Assembly (NCBI GenBank): GCA_963777315.1
Contig: CAVZQC010000002.1
Coordinates: 224,001 to 288,000, forward strand
From: Vulcanimicrobiota bacterium
GTDB lineage: Bacteria > Vulcanimicrobiota > Vulcanimicrobiia > Vulcanimicrobiales > Vulcanimicrobiaceae
Reading direction: 5' to 3'
Length of the DNA stretch: 64,000 nt
Below the pieces are notes generated by a model. It did no database searches, had not been told where the DNA came from, and saw only the letters and a program-made list of their open reading frames with translations. Below, piece by piece: positions 47,542 to 58,337 of this stretch; position 1 is the first letter of the stretch; each line of letters starts with the position of its first letter. A program made the translations under genes and the position numbers.

Positions 47542-49907
47542 TGCACGATCAAATCGCTCGATGCCGCCGTCACGCGGCCGTCGTCGTCGACTTTGAGCAG
47601 CGACAGCACGTACTTGCCCGGCTTGGCGGGGACGAGCAGCTGCACCGAATCGCCGGAACGGCGTTCGACCTTCCAATAGTAGCTGGCCGTATCGGCCTGC
47701 GTCATCGTGAGGTCGGCCGGCGGATTCGTTCGCCGCACGAAGGTTTGAATGATCGCGTGATCGCCGGTGAAATCGACCCATGGGTGCCACAACGCGCCGT
47801 CGCCGGCCGTGTCCTGCGTGGCGGTCGTGCCGATCGCCAGCAGATCGGGCGCACCGGCGAACAGCGCAGAGCCGGTGGGAGCGCTTTTGGTCACGCGAAC
47901 GATCACCGTGCCTGCGCCGGGCCGCACGTCGCCGATCCGCGCCGTTGCCGTGGCGCCTGCGGCGTACGACGCGCGATCGAGCAGCAGCGGCGCACTCAAG
48001 GGTCGTCCCGGAGCATCCAGAACCAGCGGAGCATCTGCCCACAGCAGCGCGCCGTCACGCACGAACGCCGCGCCTATCGCCAAGGCGCCCGGAGCATCGT
48101 CGATCCGCAATGCGGCCGCCGCATGCCCGTGCTGCGTGGGAACGACGCGCACTTGCGTCCCGGCAGCGCTGTCCAGAGTGATGAAGGCATTGCCGTATGC
48201 GCCTGGCGCAAACGCATCGACGCGCACCTGCTGGCCTGCCAAATAGCGCTTGCGATCGACCGAAATTGCAACGTTCGCACTAGCCGCGGCTTGCGCGCGC
48301 ATCGTCTGCGGTTCAACCTGCAGCTGCGCTGCATCCATCGCAGGCTGCGCGCCGTCCGTGCGCGCAACCAGCAGATTAGAACCCACTTGCGGCAAGCTGA
48401 ACGACCCGTGCGCGTGGCCGCCTGCGTCGAGTGAAACGGTCTGCTGCTGCGCGGAAGAACCGTGGATCAGCTGCACGCGCACCGTAATCCCGGCGATCGG
48501 TTTGCCGGTTGCGGCATCGGTCGCGTAAACGTCGAAGGCCGCGGGCGTACCGCTGCCGACATCGTCACGGTCCAGCGAAACGCGCAGCGCGATGCGCGAC
48601 GTCGGAACGACGATGCGCGTGTCGGCGGTTGCACCGCCGGATCGGGCGCGCACTCCGTACGTCGAAGCCAACCCGTCAGTCGGGTGCGGAATCTCGATCA
48701 ATGCGCGGCCGTCTGCGCCGGTCGTCACCGTGGAGGAAAACCATCGCGCCACGCCCCACGGCTGCGCCGCCGATTGCTCGACGTAAGCGTGCGGCGAGCG
48801 AATGACCGTCGCGGTGACGTTCACGCCGGCGGCCGGCATGCCGCCGCGCAAAGCTCGCACGATCAGCGGAACGTCAGATCCGGGATCGCAACCGCCTTCG
48901 CACTGCTGCGCGAGCGACAGCGACAGTCCGTTCGCATCGGCATCCACGTGCACGGCGGTCCCGGCCGCCGTACCGGCGACGGTGGCGATCGCCGCGTATT
49001 CCCCTGCCGCGCTGGATTGCGGCACGCGCAGCGCCGTTGCAAACGCGCCGGACGAGTCCAAGCGCACCGACGTTTGCGCCGCTACGCCGTACGGCGATCG
49101 TAAAACGATCGTTGCCGTCCCGTATCCGGCCCGCAAACGTCCGCCGCTGCGCGAACGCGCGAAGCCGACGATCTGCAGTTCGTCGCCTGCATGCACCACT
49201 GCCGAAGCGGTTTTGATGCCGACGATCGTCGGCGGCAACGGCGCCTGAGGCAGGAATGAAACGAATGCCGAGCTGCTTGCCCATTGCGCCAGCGCGAAAA
49301 CGGGACGCGGGCGCGTCCGCCACGCCAGCACTCCGCTGCCGTCGGTGTACCGGTCGGTAAAACGGCCGTTCACGATCAGCGACACGCGCATGTGCGCGAG
49401 CGGACGTCCCGTGCCCAAGTCGGCTCCGTAGAGCGTTATCGAGCTCGGCGTTTCTTTCGTCAGCAGCGCAATGCGCGTGCGATCGATCCACACCTGCTCG
49501 CCGACGCTGCCGCGCCGCGCCTGCACGACGAAAAATCCTTCGCGCGATCCAAGCGGCACCTGCACGTCGTTGCTTTGAAAGCGGTAGCCTCCCGGCGGCG
49601 CGTACTGCCAACGCGCCAGCGGCCGCAAACGGCGCGTGTCTATCGCGCGCGGCCGCATCGTCGATCCGGCAACCAGAACGTCGGCGGGATCGACTTGATA
49701 CACTGAAAACGCGACCGGCGCGCTGGTATAAGTGTCCAACCTGACGGCCGTGGGTTTCCAAGGAACGTTTGAGTCGCGCGCGTACAGCGCGAAGTACGCG
49801 TCCAAGCGATGGTAGTCCAACAGCGGCCGAGCGGCGTGTGCGGGCAGTGCCGCGGCAATAAGCGCAAGCACCGGCCCTGCGAGCAGCACACGGTTACGAC
49901 GGAGCAT
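47538..49907 (-). CDS. Secreted protein resembling the N-terminal (MG-domain) half of bacterial alpha-2-macroglobulin
   Basis: Signal peptide, ADLGTGRPL...TDGSG, VHAGDELQIVGFAR..LDSSGAF..GEY, VDRKRYLAGQQVRV, LDRASYAAGATA. No CxEQ thioester motif seen. Confidence 0.6.
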   Translation of the reverse strand: MLRRNRVLLAGPVLALIAAALPAHAARPLLDYHRLDAYFALYARDSNVPWKPTAVRLDTYTSAPVAFSVYQVDPADVLVAGSTMRPRAIDTRRLRPLARWQYAPPGGYRFQSNDVQVPLGSREGFFVVQARRGSVGEQVWIDRTRIALLTKETPSSITLYGADLGTGRPLAHMRVSLIVNGRFTDRYTDGSGVLAWRTRPRPVFALAQWASSSAFVSFLPQAPLPPTIVGIKTASAVVHAGDELQIVGFARSRSGGRLRAGYGTATIVLRSPYGVAAQTSVRLDSSGAFATALRVPQSSAAGEYAAIATVAGTAAGTAVHVDADANGLSLSLAQQCEGGCDPGSDVPLIVRALRGGMPAAGVNVTATVIRSPHAYVEQSAAQPWGVARWFSSTVTTGADGRALIEIPHPTDGLASTYGVRARSGGATADTRIVVPTSRIALRVSLDRDDVGSGTPAAFDVYATDAATGKPIAGITVRVQLIHGSSAQQQTVSLDAGGHAHGSFSLPQVGSNLLVARTDGAQPAMDAAQLQVEPQTMRAQAAASANVAISVDRKRYLAGQQVRVDAFAPGAYGNAFITLDSAAGTQVRVVPTQHGHAAAALRIDDAPGALAIGAAFVRDGALLWADAPLVLDAPGRPLSAPLLLDRASYAAGATATARIGDVRPGAGTVIVRVTKSAPTGSALFAGAPDLLAIGTTATQDTAGDGALWHPWVDFTGDHAIIQTFVRRTNPPADLTMTQADTASYYWKVERRSGDSVQLLVPAKPGKYVLSLLKVDDDGRVTAASSDLIVQ

Positions 49908-50001
49908 CGGTGTCTGCGCTTCGACGGTGCATTTGTGCGGCCTTGTGCAGGCAGGGTTCGCTCGCGTTCGGGCGTATGCGACATCGCGTAACTGGAGATC
50001 G

Positions 50002-50544
50002 ATGTTGAATGTGTTTCGCTGCGCGGGTGCGCTCGCAGCCGCGGTTTGCCTGATTCCGCTGGCGGTGCCCGCCGCGACGGTGCCCAAGCCCGTGCCGCTG
50101 CCCAGTCCGAACTGGCCCGCCAAGCCGCTGCACGTGCAGCTCCTCGTCGAGGTGAACAAGCACGGGCAGGTCGTACGCGTCGCGCACGGCACGCTGTCGG
50201 GAAACCGTCCGTTCGATACGATGACTCTGGGCAACGCCATGCAAATGTGGATTCGCCGCCCCGACGGCAGCGCGCAGACGGGCCTGTATCGCGTGAGTTA
50301 CGATTACAATCCCAAGAGCCATCACGTTGCACGGGTTCCGGCGCTTGTAAAAACCGGCGGCAATTGGGCCGACAAACCGGGTGCGGCCACGCTGATCATT
50401 CAGGACGCGCGCCGTCAGGTGCAGCAAGCCGAGGCGCGCATTCGCGCAGAGCAGGCGCGCAATCGTAAAAGGAACGAAAAGAATCTGCCCGACATCAACG
50501 CCGCTGTACGACGGGCCGAGGCCCGCCCCACGCATAAGCCGTAG
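50002..50544 (+). CDS. Hypothetical secreted protein, TonB C-terminal-like domain possible
   Basis: Signal peptide, Pro-rich stretch, VQLLVEVNKHGQVVRV....SGNRPFD, C-terminal coiled coil. Confidence 0.6.
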   Translation: MLNVFRCAGALAAAVCLIPLAVPAATVPKPVPLPSPNWPAKPLHVQLLVEVNKHGQVVRVAHGTLSGNRPFDTMTLGNAMQMWIRRPDGSAQTGLYRVSYDYNPKSHHVARVPALVKTGGNWADKPGAATLIIQDARRQVQQAEARIRAEQARNRKRNEKNLPDINAAVRRAEARPTHKP

Positions 50545-50547
50545 CGC

Positions 50548-50775
50548 GTGCCCCATAAACGCGCGCGAAAGCCCAAGCCGCGCATTGCGTTGTTCAACGA
50601 TCCGGGCGCGAACGTGGAACGCTCCTGCCGCAGCAAAGATGCCTACCCGAGCCCGGAGCACGCGCGGGCGATAGCGGTCATGCAGGGCAAAGGCGGCGCG
50701 CTGGCCGTCTACAGGTGCGCGCATTGCGGGTCGTGGCACTTGACGCACCGCAAGGAGCCGCCGTGCGATACGTGA
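50548..50775 (+). CDS. Small basic putative zinc-binding protein
   Basis: C..K..Y.S...A ... VYRCAHCGSWHLT. Fills the gap between two same-strand genes. Confidence 0.65.
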   Translation: MPHKRARKPKPRIALFNDPGANVERSCRSKDAYPSPEHARAIAVMQGKGGALAVYRCAHCGSWHLTHRKEPPCDT

Positions 50776-51604
50776 GTTTCCATCGAGACGGCGCGGTCGT
50801 GCCCGGAATCGTTGAAGACGATCGCATTCGCGCTCTTTCGTGCGATTCGCTGGTCGAATACATTGCGCTCGACGAACGCCGGCGCGACGCGTGCCGGACC
50901 GCGCGAACGTATCCGCTGGACGGAGCGCAGCTCGCCGCACCCGTTCGTCCGAATAAGAACGTGTACTGCGTGGGACGCAACTATCTCGAGCACGCCAGGG
51001 AAGGAGCTCGCGCAGCCGGCCGCGATCTCAAGTTGCCCGAAGTTCCGACGTTCTTTTCAAAAGCGCCGACGGCAATCGCCGATCCGGACTCGCAGCTGCC
51101 CCTTGCAGCGCGCATTTCGAGCGAATACGACTGGGAAGGCGAGCTGGCCGTCGTCATCGGCCGCCGGATCAAAGACGTCGCCGAAGAACGCGCCATGGAG
51201 GCGATTTTCGGATACACGTGCCTGAACGACGTCACGGCGCGCGATCTGCAGCGCGCGCATCTGCAGTGGCTCAAGGGCAAGAGCCTGGATCACACCTGCC
51301 CGCTGGGCCCGTGGATCGTCGGAACCGACGAGATCGCCGATCCGCACAAGCTGCACTCACCACGCGCGTGAACGGGCGCAAGAAGCAGGAATCCAACACG
51401 GGCCACATGATCTTTCGCATTCCCCGGCTGCTCGCCGAACTGAGTAAAGGCATGACGCTCGAACCCGGCGATGTACTCGCTACGGGAACTCCCGACGGTG
51501 TGGGCTTTGCCAGAACGCCGCCGGAATTTTTTGCGCACGGCGACGTCGTTGAAGTCGCGATCCAGAAGATCGGCGTTCTGCGCAACACCATCCTCATCGA
51601 GTGA
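50763..51604 (+). CDS. Fumarylacetoacetate hydrolase family protein; one frameshift near 51356
   Basis: CVGRNYLEH, PTFFSK, DWEGEL, NDVTARDLQ, KGKSLD..CPLGP, then in the next frame TLEPGDVLATGTPDGVG. Confidence 0.9.
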
Positions 51605-51662
51605 CGCGCCGAACCGGTAAACAGCGCAGGTTTCGCTTTGCCGGTGCTGAACGAGCGACGCC

Positions 51663-52804
<1,142 letters not shown>

Positions 52805-52808
<4 letters not shown>

Positions 52809-53131
52809 CGGCTTTGGCATTCATCCGCGATCTGTTCGAGCTGCTGCTGGTTTTCGCGCTGGCGATTTTCGTGGGTTTCGAGGTGATTTCCAAAGTCCCC
52901 ACGACCTTGCACACGCCGCTGATGTCGGCGACCAACGCCATTCACGGCGTCGTGCTCGTCGGCGCGATTTTCGTCGTTTCGGCGGTGTTCGGCGCGCACA
53001 TGAACGGTGCGCTGCTCACGGCGCTGGCGATTGCAGCGGTCACGTTGGGAACGATCAACGTGGTCGGCGGCTTCGCCGTGACCGAACGCATGCTGCAGAT
53101 GTTCAAGAAGAAGGAGCCCGTCAAGAAGTGA
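52805..53131 (+). CDS. NAD(P) transhydrogenase alpha subunit, membrane part (alpha2)
   Basis: KVPTTLHTPLMSATNAIHG, INVVGGFAVTERMLQMF. Confidence 0.93.
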
Positions 53132-54567
53132 CGTCGCTCGGATCGTATCTGGAGGCGCGCGAGATATTCTTCTATGCGGCCACTCTAGCCGCGGTCGTGC
53201 TCTTCATCGTCGGCCTCAAAAAACTCAGCTCGCCTGCGACGGCACGTATCGGCAATCGTTATGCCGCAGCCGGAATGCTGCTGGCGATCTGCGCATCGAT
53301 CTGGCAGATCGATGCGATCGGCTGGTGGGCGATCCTCGTCGGCATCGTCATCGGCGGCGCGATCGGCCTGTTCTCGGCGATGAAGGTCAAGATGACCGCC
53401 ATGCCTCAGATGGTGGCCTTGTTCAACGGCGCAGGCGGCGGCGCGGCCGCGCTGATTTCGACCGCGGAGTTTTTCGTCAACGCGTTCGCCAACGGAACAG
53501 CTCCGGCGGTCACGTTCAACTTGCTCGTCGTCGTTTCGCTGGTGGTAAGCGCGATCATCGGCGCGGTCAGTTTCTCGGGTTCCATCGTAGCGTTCTTGAA
53601 GCTGCAGGAGTGGATGACGGGCCGCCCCGTGACGTACAAGGGACAGCAGGCGGTAAACGCGCTGCTCGCGCTGGCGATCTGCGCGCTGGCACTGATCGTC
53701 ATGGTAACGGTCGGCGCCGTCCCGTGGTACTGGTACGTCGCCATGCTTGCCGGCGCGCTGATCTTCGGCGTGCTGTTCGTGCTGCCCATCGGGGGCGCGG
53801 ACATGCCGGTAGTGATCTCGCTGCTCAATTCCTTCACCGGCGTCGCCGTCGCGATCACTGGGTTCGAGCTCAACTACGAGCTGCTGATCGTCAGCGGCGC
53901 GCTCGTCGGCGCTTCGGGTACGCTGCTTACGATCCTGATGGGCAAAGCGATGAACCGCCCACTCACGAACGTGCTGTTCGGCGCGTTCGGCGCAACGAGC
54001 GCAGAGCAAGCGGGAGTATCCGGCGGAGCGGCACAAAACGTGCGATCCGCTACCGTCGACGACGTCGCGGTCATGCTCGCATACGCGCATCAAGTGGTCG
54101 TGGTTCCCGGCTACGGAATGGCCGTCGCGCAGGCGCAGCATAGCGTGAGAGAGCTGGCCGACCAGCTCGAAAAGCGCGGCGTTTCGGTGAAATACGCCAT
54201 CCATCCGGTGGCGGGGCGCATGCCCGGACACATGAACGTGCTGCTCGCCGAAGCCAACGTTCCGTACAATCAACTGTACGACATGGACGACATCAACCCC
54301 GAATTCGCGCGCACCGACGTATCGCTCGTCATCGGCGCGAACGACGTGGTCAATCCCGCCGCGCGCAACGTGCCGTCCTCGCCGATTTACGGGATGCCGA
54401 TTCTCGACGTCGACAAATCCTCCAACGTCATCGTGCTCAAGCGCTCGATGCGCTCCGGATTCGCCGGCATCGACAACCCGCTGTTCGAGAGTCCGAATTG
54501 CGCGCTGCTGTTCGGCGATGCAAAAGCGACGGTCGACACGCTTACGTCGGCGGTAAAAGCGCTTTAG
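53128..54567 (+). CDS. pntB: NAD(P) transhydrogenase beta subunit
   Basis: MTAMPQMVALFNG, IGGADMPVVISLLNS, VPGYGMAVAQAQ, IHPVAGRMPGHMNVLLAEA, FGDAK. Confidence 0.95.
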   Translation: MTSLGSYLEAREIFFYAATLAAVVLFIVGLKKLSSPATARIGNRYAAAGMLLAICASIWQIDAIGWWAILVGIVIGGAIGLFSAMKVKMTAMPQMVALFNGAGGGAAALISTAEFFVNAFANGTAPAVTFNLLVVVSLVVSAIIGAVSFSGSIVAFLKLQEWMTGRPVTYKGQQAVNALLALAICALALIVMVTVGAVPWYWYVAMLAGALIFGVLFVLPIGGADMPVVISLLNSFTGVAVAITGFELNYELLIVSGALVGASGTLLTILMGKAMNRPLTNVLFGAFGATSAEQAGVSGGAAQNVRSATVDDVAVMLAYAHQVVVVPGYGMAVAQAQHSVRELADQLEKRGVSVKYAIHPVAGRMPGHMNVLLAEANVPYNQLYDMDDINPEFARTDVSLVIGANDVVNPAARNVPSSPIYGMPILDVDKSSNVIVLKRSMRSGFAGIDNPLFESPNCALLFGDAKATVDTLTSAVKAL

Positions 54568-54580
54568 CGCAGGCTTGGTC

Positions 54581-56137
54581 ATGCCGGCCGTCAGGCGGGC
54601 CGGCATAGCCGCGGTGTTGTGCCTGGCAGTAAGCGCGTCGTGTTCGGGATCGCACGGCGGCTCCAAGGCGCACGTGCTGCGCATCGCCACCCTCGCCGAC
54701 CCCTCTTCGCTCAACCCGCTGCTCGCGCACGATCAGGAAACGATCGGCAACGATTTGCTCGTATGCCAGACGCTGATCGGCTTGGACGCGCGAAATCGCT
54801 CGATCCCCATTTTGCTTACGCGCATACCCACGACCGGGAACGGCGACCTGTCGCGGGACGGCTTGAGCATCACGTATCATCTGCGCCGCGGCGTGCGATT
54901 TGCCGACGGCGCGGAGCTCACGTCGCACGACGTGGCGTTCACGTATCGCGCCATCCTGGACTCACGCAACAATGTCCTTTCGTCCGATGCGTACCGGCGC
55001 ATCGCCCGGCTTCAGACGCCCGATCCGTATACGGTCGCGATCCGGCTCAAGCGGCGCTGGAACGCCGCCGTGAGCGACCTCTTTGCGCAATCCGATTTCG
55101 CGTTCGGCATTTTGCCGGAGCACGCGTTCGCGAGCACGCTGCTGGCTCGTTCGAGCTGGGAAGATCATGCGTTCGGCAGCGGCCCATTCCGAGTGCTGCA
55201 ATGGCGGCGCGGCGACCGCATCGTTCTCGTGCGCAATCCCTATTACGTGCCCAGACCCAAGCTCGACCGGATCGAACTGCAGATGATTCCCGACGGCAAC
55301 TCGGCCTTCGTCGCGTTGCGCACGCACGACGTCGACGTGGCCGCTCTGACGACCCCGCAAATGCTCGCCCAAGCACGCGGCATTGCCGGCATCCGGGTCA
55401 TGCGTACCCCGGAAAACGGCACGGAGTGGCTCAGCCTGCAGACGACGCATCCGCCGCTCTCACAGCTGCGGTTTCGACGTGCGCTGGCGTACGCGCTCGA
55501 CATGGGACCCATTCGCAAGACGTTCGAAAGCGTCTATCCGCAGGCCGGCTCGTTCTTGCCGTCCGTGATGCGCCGCTGGCACGTCGCCGGGGTGTCTCCT
55601 CATCCGCACGATTTGGCCCGCGCTCGAGCGCTTCTGCGCGGAAAAACACTCGACGCCACGCTGGTCACCACGGCGGAATATCCCTTGTGGTCGCGCATCG
55701 CCGCCGTCGTGCAGCAAGAGCTGGCGGCGGCCGGCATCCGCGCGAGCATCAAGAAATACCCCACCACCCTCTTCAACGCGCCCGACGGTCCCATACGAAA
55801 CGGCCGCTTCACGATCGCGATCGACGGCTGGCTCGGCGGCGCCGATCCGGAACAATCCATTGTGTTCACGTGCTCGCAGGCTACCGTCGACGGCGACAAC
55901 ATTTCGCGATACTGCGACCCGCGTTTCGACGCGCTATTCGCCGATCAGGCCATTACTTCGAGCAGCTCCGGACGCGTTGCGGACTTCGCGCGGATGCAGA
56001 GGATGATTCATGCGGCCATTCCGGTCGTGCCGATCTTTTACTGGACGTGGTACGACGGGGTCGCTTCGCGCGTGCACGGTTTTGCGCGAAACATGCTGCA
56101 GTATCCGGTCAGCCCCGAACGCTGGGACGCATATTGA
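54581..56137 (+). CDS. ABC transporter substrate-binding protein, family 5 (peptide/nickel)
   Basis: Lipoprotein-like signal, DPSSLNP, YHLRRGVRFADG.ELTSHDVAFT, GSGPF, NPYY. Confidence 0.88.
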   Translation: MPAVRRAGIAAVLCLAVSASCSGSHGGSKAHVLRIATLADPSSLNPLLAHDQETIGNDLLVCQTLIGLDARNRSIPILLTRIPTTGNGDLSRDGLSITYHLRRGVRFADGAELTSHDVAFTYRAILDSRNNVLSSDAYRRIARLQTPDPYTVAIRLKRRWNAAVSDLFAQSDFAFGILPEHAFASTLLARSSWEDHAFGSGPFRVLQWRRGDRIVLVRNPYYVPRPKLDRIELQMIPDGNSAFVALRTHDVDVAALTTPQMLAQARGIAGIRVMRTPENGTEWLSLQTTHPPLSQLRFRRALAYALDMGPIRKTFESVYPQAGSFLPSVMRRWHVAGVSPHPHDLARARALLRGKTLDATLVTTAEYPLWSRIAAVVQQELAAAGIRASIKKYPTTLFNAPDGPIRNGRFTIAIDGWLGGADPEQSIVFTCSQATVDGDNISRYCDPRFDALFADQAITSSSSGRVADFARMQRMIHAAIPVVPIFYWTWYDGVASRVHGFARNMLQYPVSPERWDAY

Positions 56138-57746
56138 CGCGAAGCCGCCACTGCCACGCGTTCCATGTCGGCAAGAACGCATTCGGTGCGAAACCCCGCA
56201 GGGCCGTTCGATATGCGTACAGGTAGTCGGCGTTGAACAAATACACGATCGGCACGTCGGCAGCGACGATGCGCCCAATTCGAGCGTATATGGCCTTACG
56301 GACGTTTTGCGAGGTCGCGGAAAGCGCCCGAGCCTCCAGCGCATCAACCTGCGAATTGCAATACCGCATGTAGTTTGACGGACCGCGACAGGAAAGGATC
56401 GACGAATCATCCGGATCGGAGCCCATCGTGAACGGGACGTACGCCATGTCGAACTGCCCGCTCGCCAGCGTACCGCCGCGCGAAGACGGCAAAAACAACT
56501 GCGCGTTGCTGACCGATTTGATCTCCACGGAAATGCCTCGCTCGCGCAGCTGCGCCTGCACCGCCGTCGCAACGCGCACGCCCGTCATCGACTCCGGAAA
56601 CTGCACGTAGACCAGCGATAGCGGCGTGCCGTTCTTGCGGCGCAGAGCGTGAGTCGAGGCGCGGTGCCAGCCGGCTGCGTCCAGCAATGCGTCCGCCGCG
56701 GGCGGATCGTATGCCGGTTCGCGAACCGCCGGATCGTACGCCCACGAGAATTGCGGCTGAATCATGTTCGTGACGGGATAGCGCCCCAACGTGATTTTTC
56801 TGCTGATGCCCGCGCGGTCGATCGCCATCGCGAGCGCGCGCCGCACGCGCACGTCGTTGAGCGGAGAATGCGCCACATTGAGCACCAGGCCCGCCACGAC
56901 CGCGGTCGGCACGGCGCGCAACGCGACGTCACGCGCACCGCGCAGTGCGGCTTGCTGCGCGGGAGCGATCAGGTTCCAATCGAGCTGGCCCGATCGCAGC
57001 ATCACGAGGTTGGTTTGCGGATCCGGAATGACGCGAATGTCGAGCTGGAGCACCTTTGGCGGGCCGCGCCAATACCGCGGATTGGCGCGATACGTCAGCG
57101 ATTCGCCCCGCTGCCAGGAAACGAACGTAAACGGCCCATCGCCGACGGAGGGTGCGGCGTTGAACGGCGCCTGCGCGAGCGGCGCTTGCCGTTCGAGAAC
57201 GTGCTTGGGCAGCACGAATTGCGGGCGGAACCCGTAAGAAAACAACGTCGTGACGGCCGGCGCCCAAGCGTGCTCGAGATGGAACACGACGGTGTGCGGG
57301 CCGCGCGCGTACGCGCGGTCGATCAAATCGTAGCCTTCGCGCGAAGGCACCGGGTTACGCGGGTCCAAAATGGCGCGCAGCGTCCATAACACGTCATCCG
57401 AAGTTACGGCAACGCCGTCGCTCCAGCGCACTTGCGGACGCAGGCGGTACACGATCGTGCGCCCGTCGGGCGAGACGTCGCCGTTGGAAAGGCTGGGGAT
57501 GCGGCTGATAAGCTCCGGTCTCGGGCGCCCGCGCTCGTCCAGATCGATGAACGGCTCGAAGGCCAGCCGGGCCACCTGCTGCTCTACTGAAGCGGAGTCC
57601 TGATGCAGGAAGAGCGGGTTGAGGTTCGCCGGGTCCGCTGCCAAATCGAAGTGGACCTCCTGAATGCCGGCCCGACGCGTCGCGGTCGGGTGCGAGCAAG
57701 CGGCAAGCAGCATGGCGGCCAGTGCGCAGGCGCGGCGGGAGCGCAT
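56109..57746 (-). CDS. ABC transporter substrate-binding protein, family 5 (peptide/nickel)
   Basis: LLAAC lipobox, DPANLNP, YRLRPQVRWSDG..VTSDDV, GDGPF, NPRYW, RRALAMAIDR. Confidence 0.88.
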   Translation of the reverse strand: MRSRRACALAAMLLAACSHPTATRRAGIQEVHFDLAADPANLNPLFLHQDSASVEQQVARLAFEPFIDLDERGRPRPELISRIPSLSNGDVSPDGRTIVYRLRPQVRWSDGVAVTSDDVLWTLRAILDPRNPVPSREGYDLIDRAYARGPHTVVFHLEHAWAPAVTTLFSYGFRPQFVLPKHVLERQAPLAQAPFNAAPSVGDGPFTFVSWQRGESLTYRANPRYWRGPPKVLQLDIRVIPDPQTNLVMLRSGQLDWNLIAPAQQAALRGARDVALRAVPTAVVAGLVLNVAHSPLNDVRVRRALAMAIDRAGISRKITLGRYPVTNMIQPQFSWAYDPAVREPAYDPPAADALLDAAGWHRASTHALRRKNGTPLSLVYVQFPESMTGVRVATAVQAQLRERGISVEIKSVSNAQLFLPSSRGGTLASGQFDMAYVPFTMGSDPDDSSILSCRGPSNYMRYCNSQVDALEARALSATSQNVRKAIYARIGRIVAADVPIVYLFNADYLYAYRTALRGFAPNAFLPTWNAWQWRLRVNMRPSVRG

Positions 57747-57795
57747 TCCGGCCGGGTTTCGCTGCCCGCGCGCCGGCTCTTCGGTCAAGGGCCTC

Positions 57796-57824
57796 TTGCC
57801 CGAACAAAAGCATGGTGTTATAGT
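57796..57824 (+). promoter_or_regulatory. Sigma70-type promoter of the lrp-kdd-kamA operon
   Basis: TTGCCC (57796-57801)-N17-TATAGT (57819-57824) with extended -10 TG. Confidence 0.7.
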
Positions 57825-57851
57825 CAAAGGACCGAATAGAACTCGGTTGAT

Positions 57852-58337
57852 ATGGATAGAAAGACGAATATTGCGGGCGAACCGAACGAACTCGACGAGC
57901 TGGACTTGCGCCTGCTGGATGCCCTGCAGCGCAATGCGCGTTCGACGTTTGCCGAATTGGGGTCCGTCGTCGGGCTCAAGCCGCCCGCCGTTCACGACCG
58001 CGTCAAGCGCCTGGAGAGCAAAGGCTACGTGCGCGGATATTCCGCACAGCTGGACAGCAAACTGCTGGGGCTCGAGCTGGTGGCATTCGTCAGCTGCTAC
58101 ACTGCACCGGACTGCAGCTACGACGCCTTCACGTCTTCGCTTTCGCGCATGCCCGAAGTGCTCGAAGTGCACAGCGTCGCCGGCGAAGAGTCGTTCGTCC
58201 TCAAGGTCATGACGCGTTCGACCGTTCATCTGGACGAATTGCTTTCGCGTCTCAAATCCGTATCCGGCATGGCGCGCACGAAAACGACGATCGTATTGTC
58301 GACTCCTTTTCAGCGCGGGGGAATTTCGGTTCAGTGA
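57852..58337 (+). CDS. Lrp/AsnC family transcriptional regulator
   Basis: LDELDLRLLDALQRNAR.TFAELG..VGL.PPAVHDRVKRLE..GYVRGY, EVHSVAGE. Confidence 0.93.
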   Translation: MDRKTNIAGEPNELDELDLRLLDALQRNARSTFAELGSVVGLKPPAVHDRVKRLESKGYVRGYSAQLDSKLLGLELVAFVSCYTAPDCSYDAFTSSLSRMPEVLEVHSVAGEESFVLKVMTRSTVHLDELLSRLKSVSGMARTKTTIVLSTPFQRGGISVQ

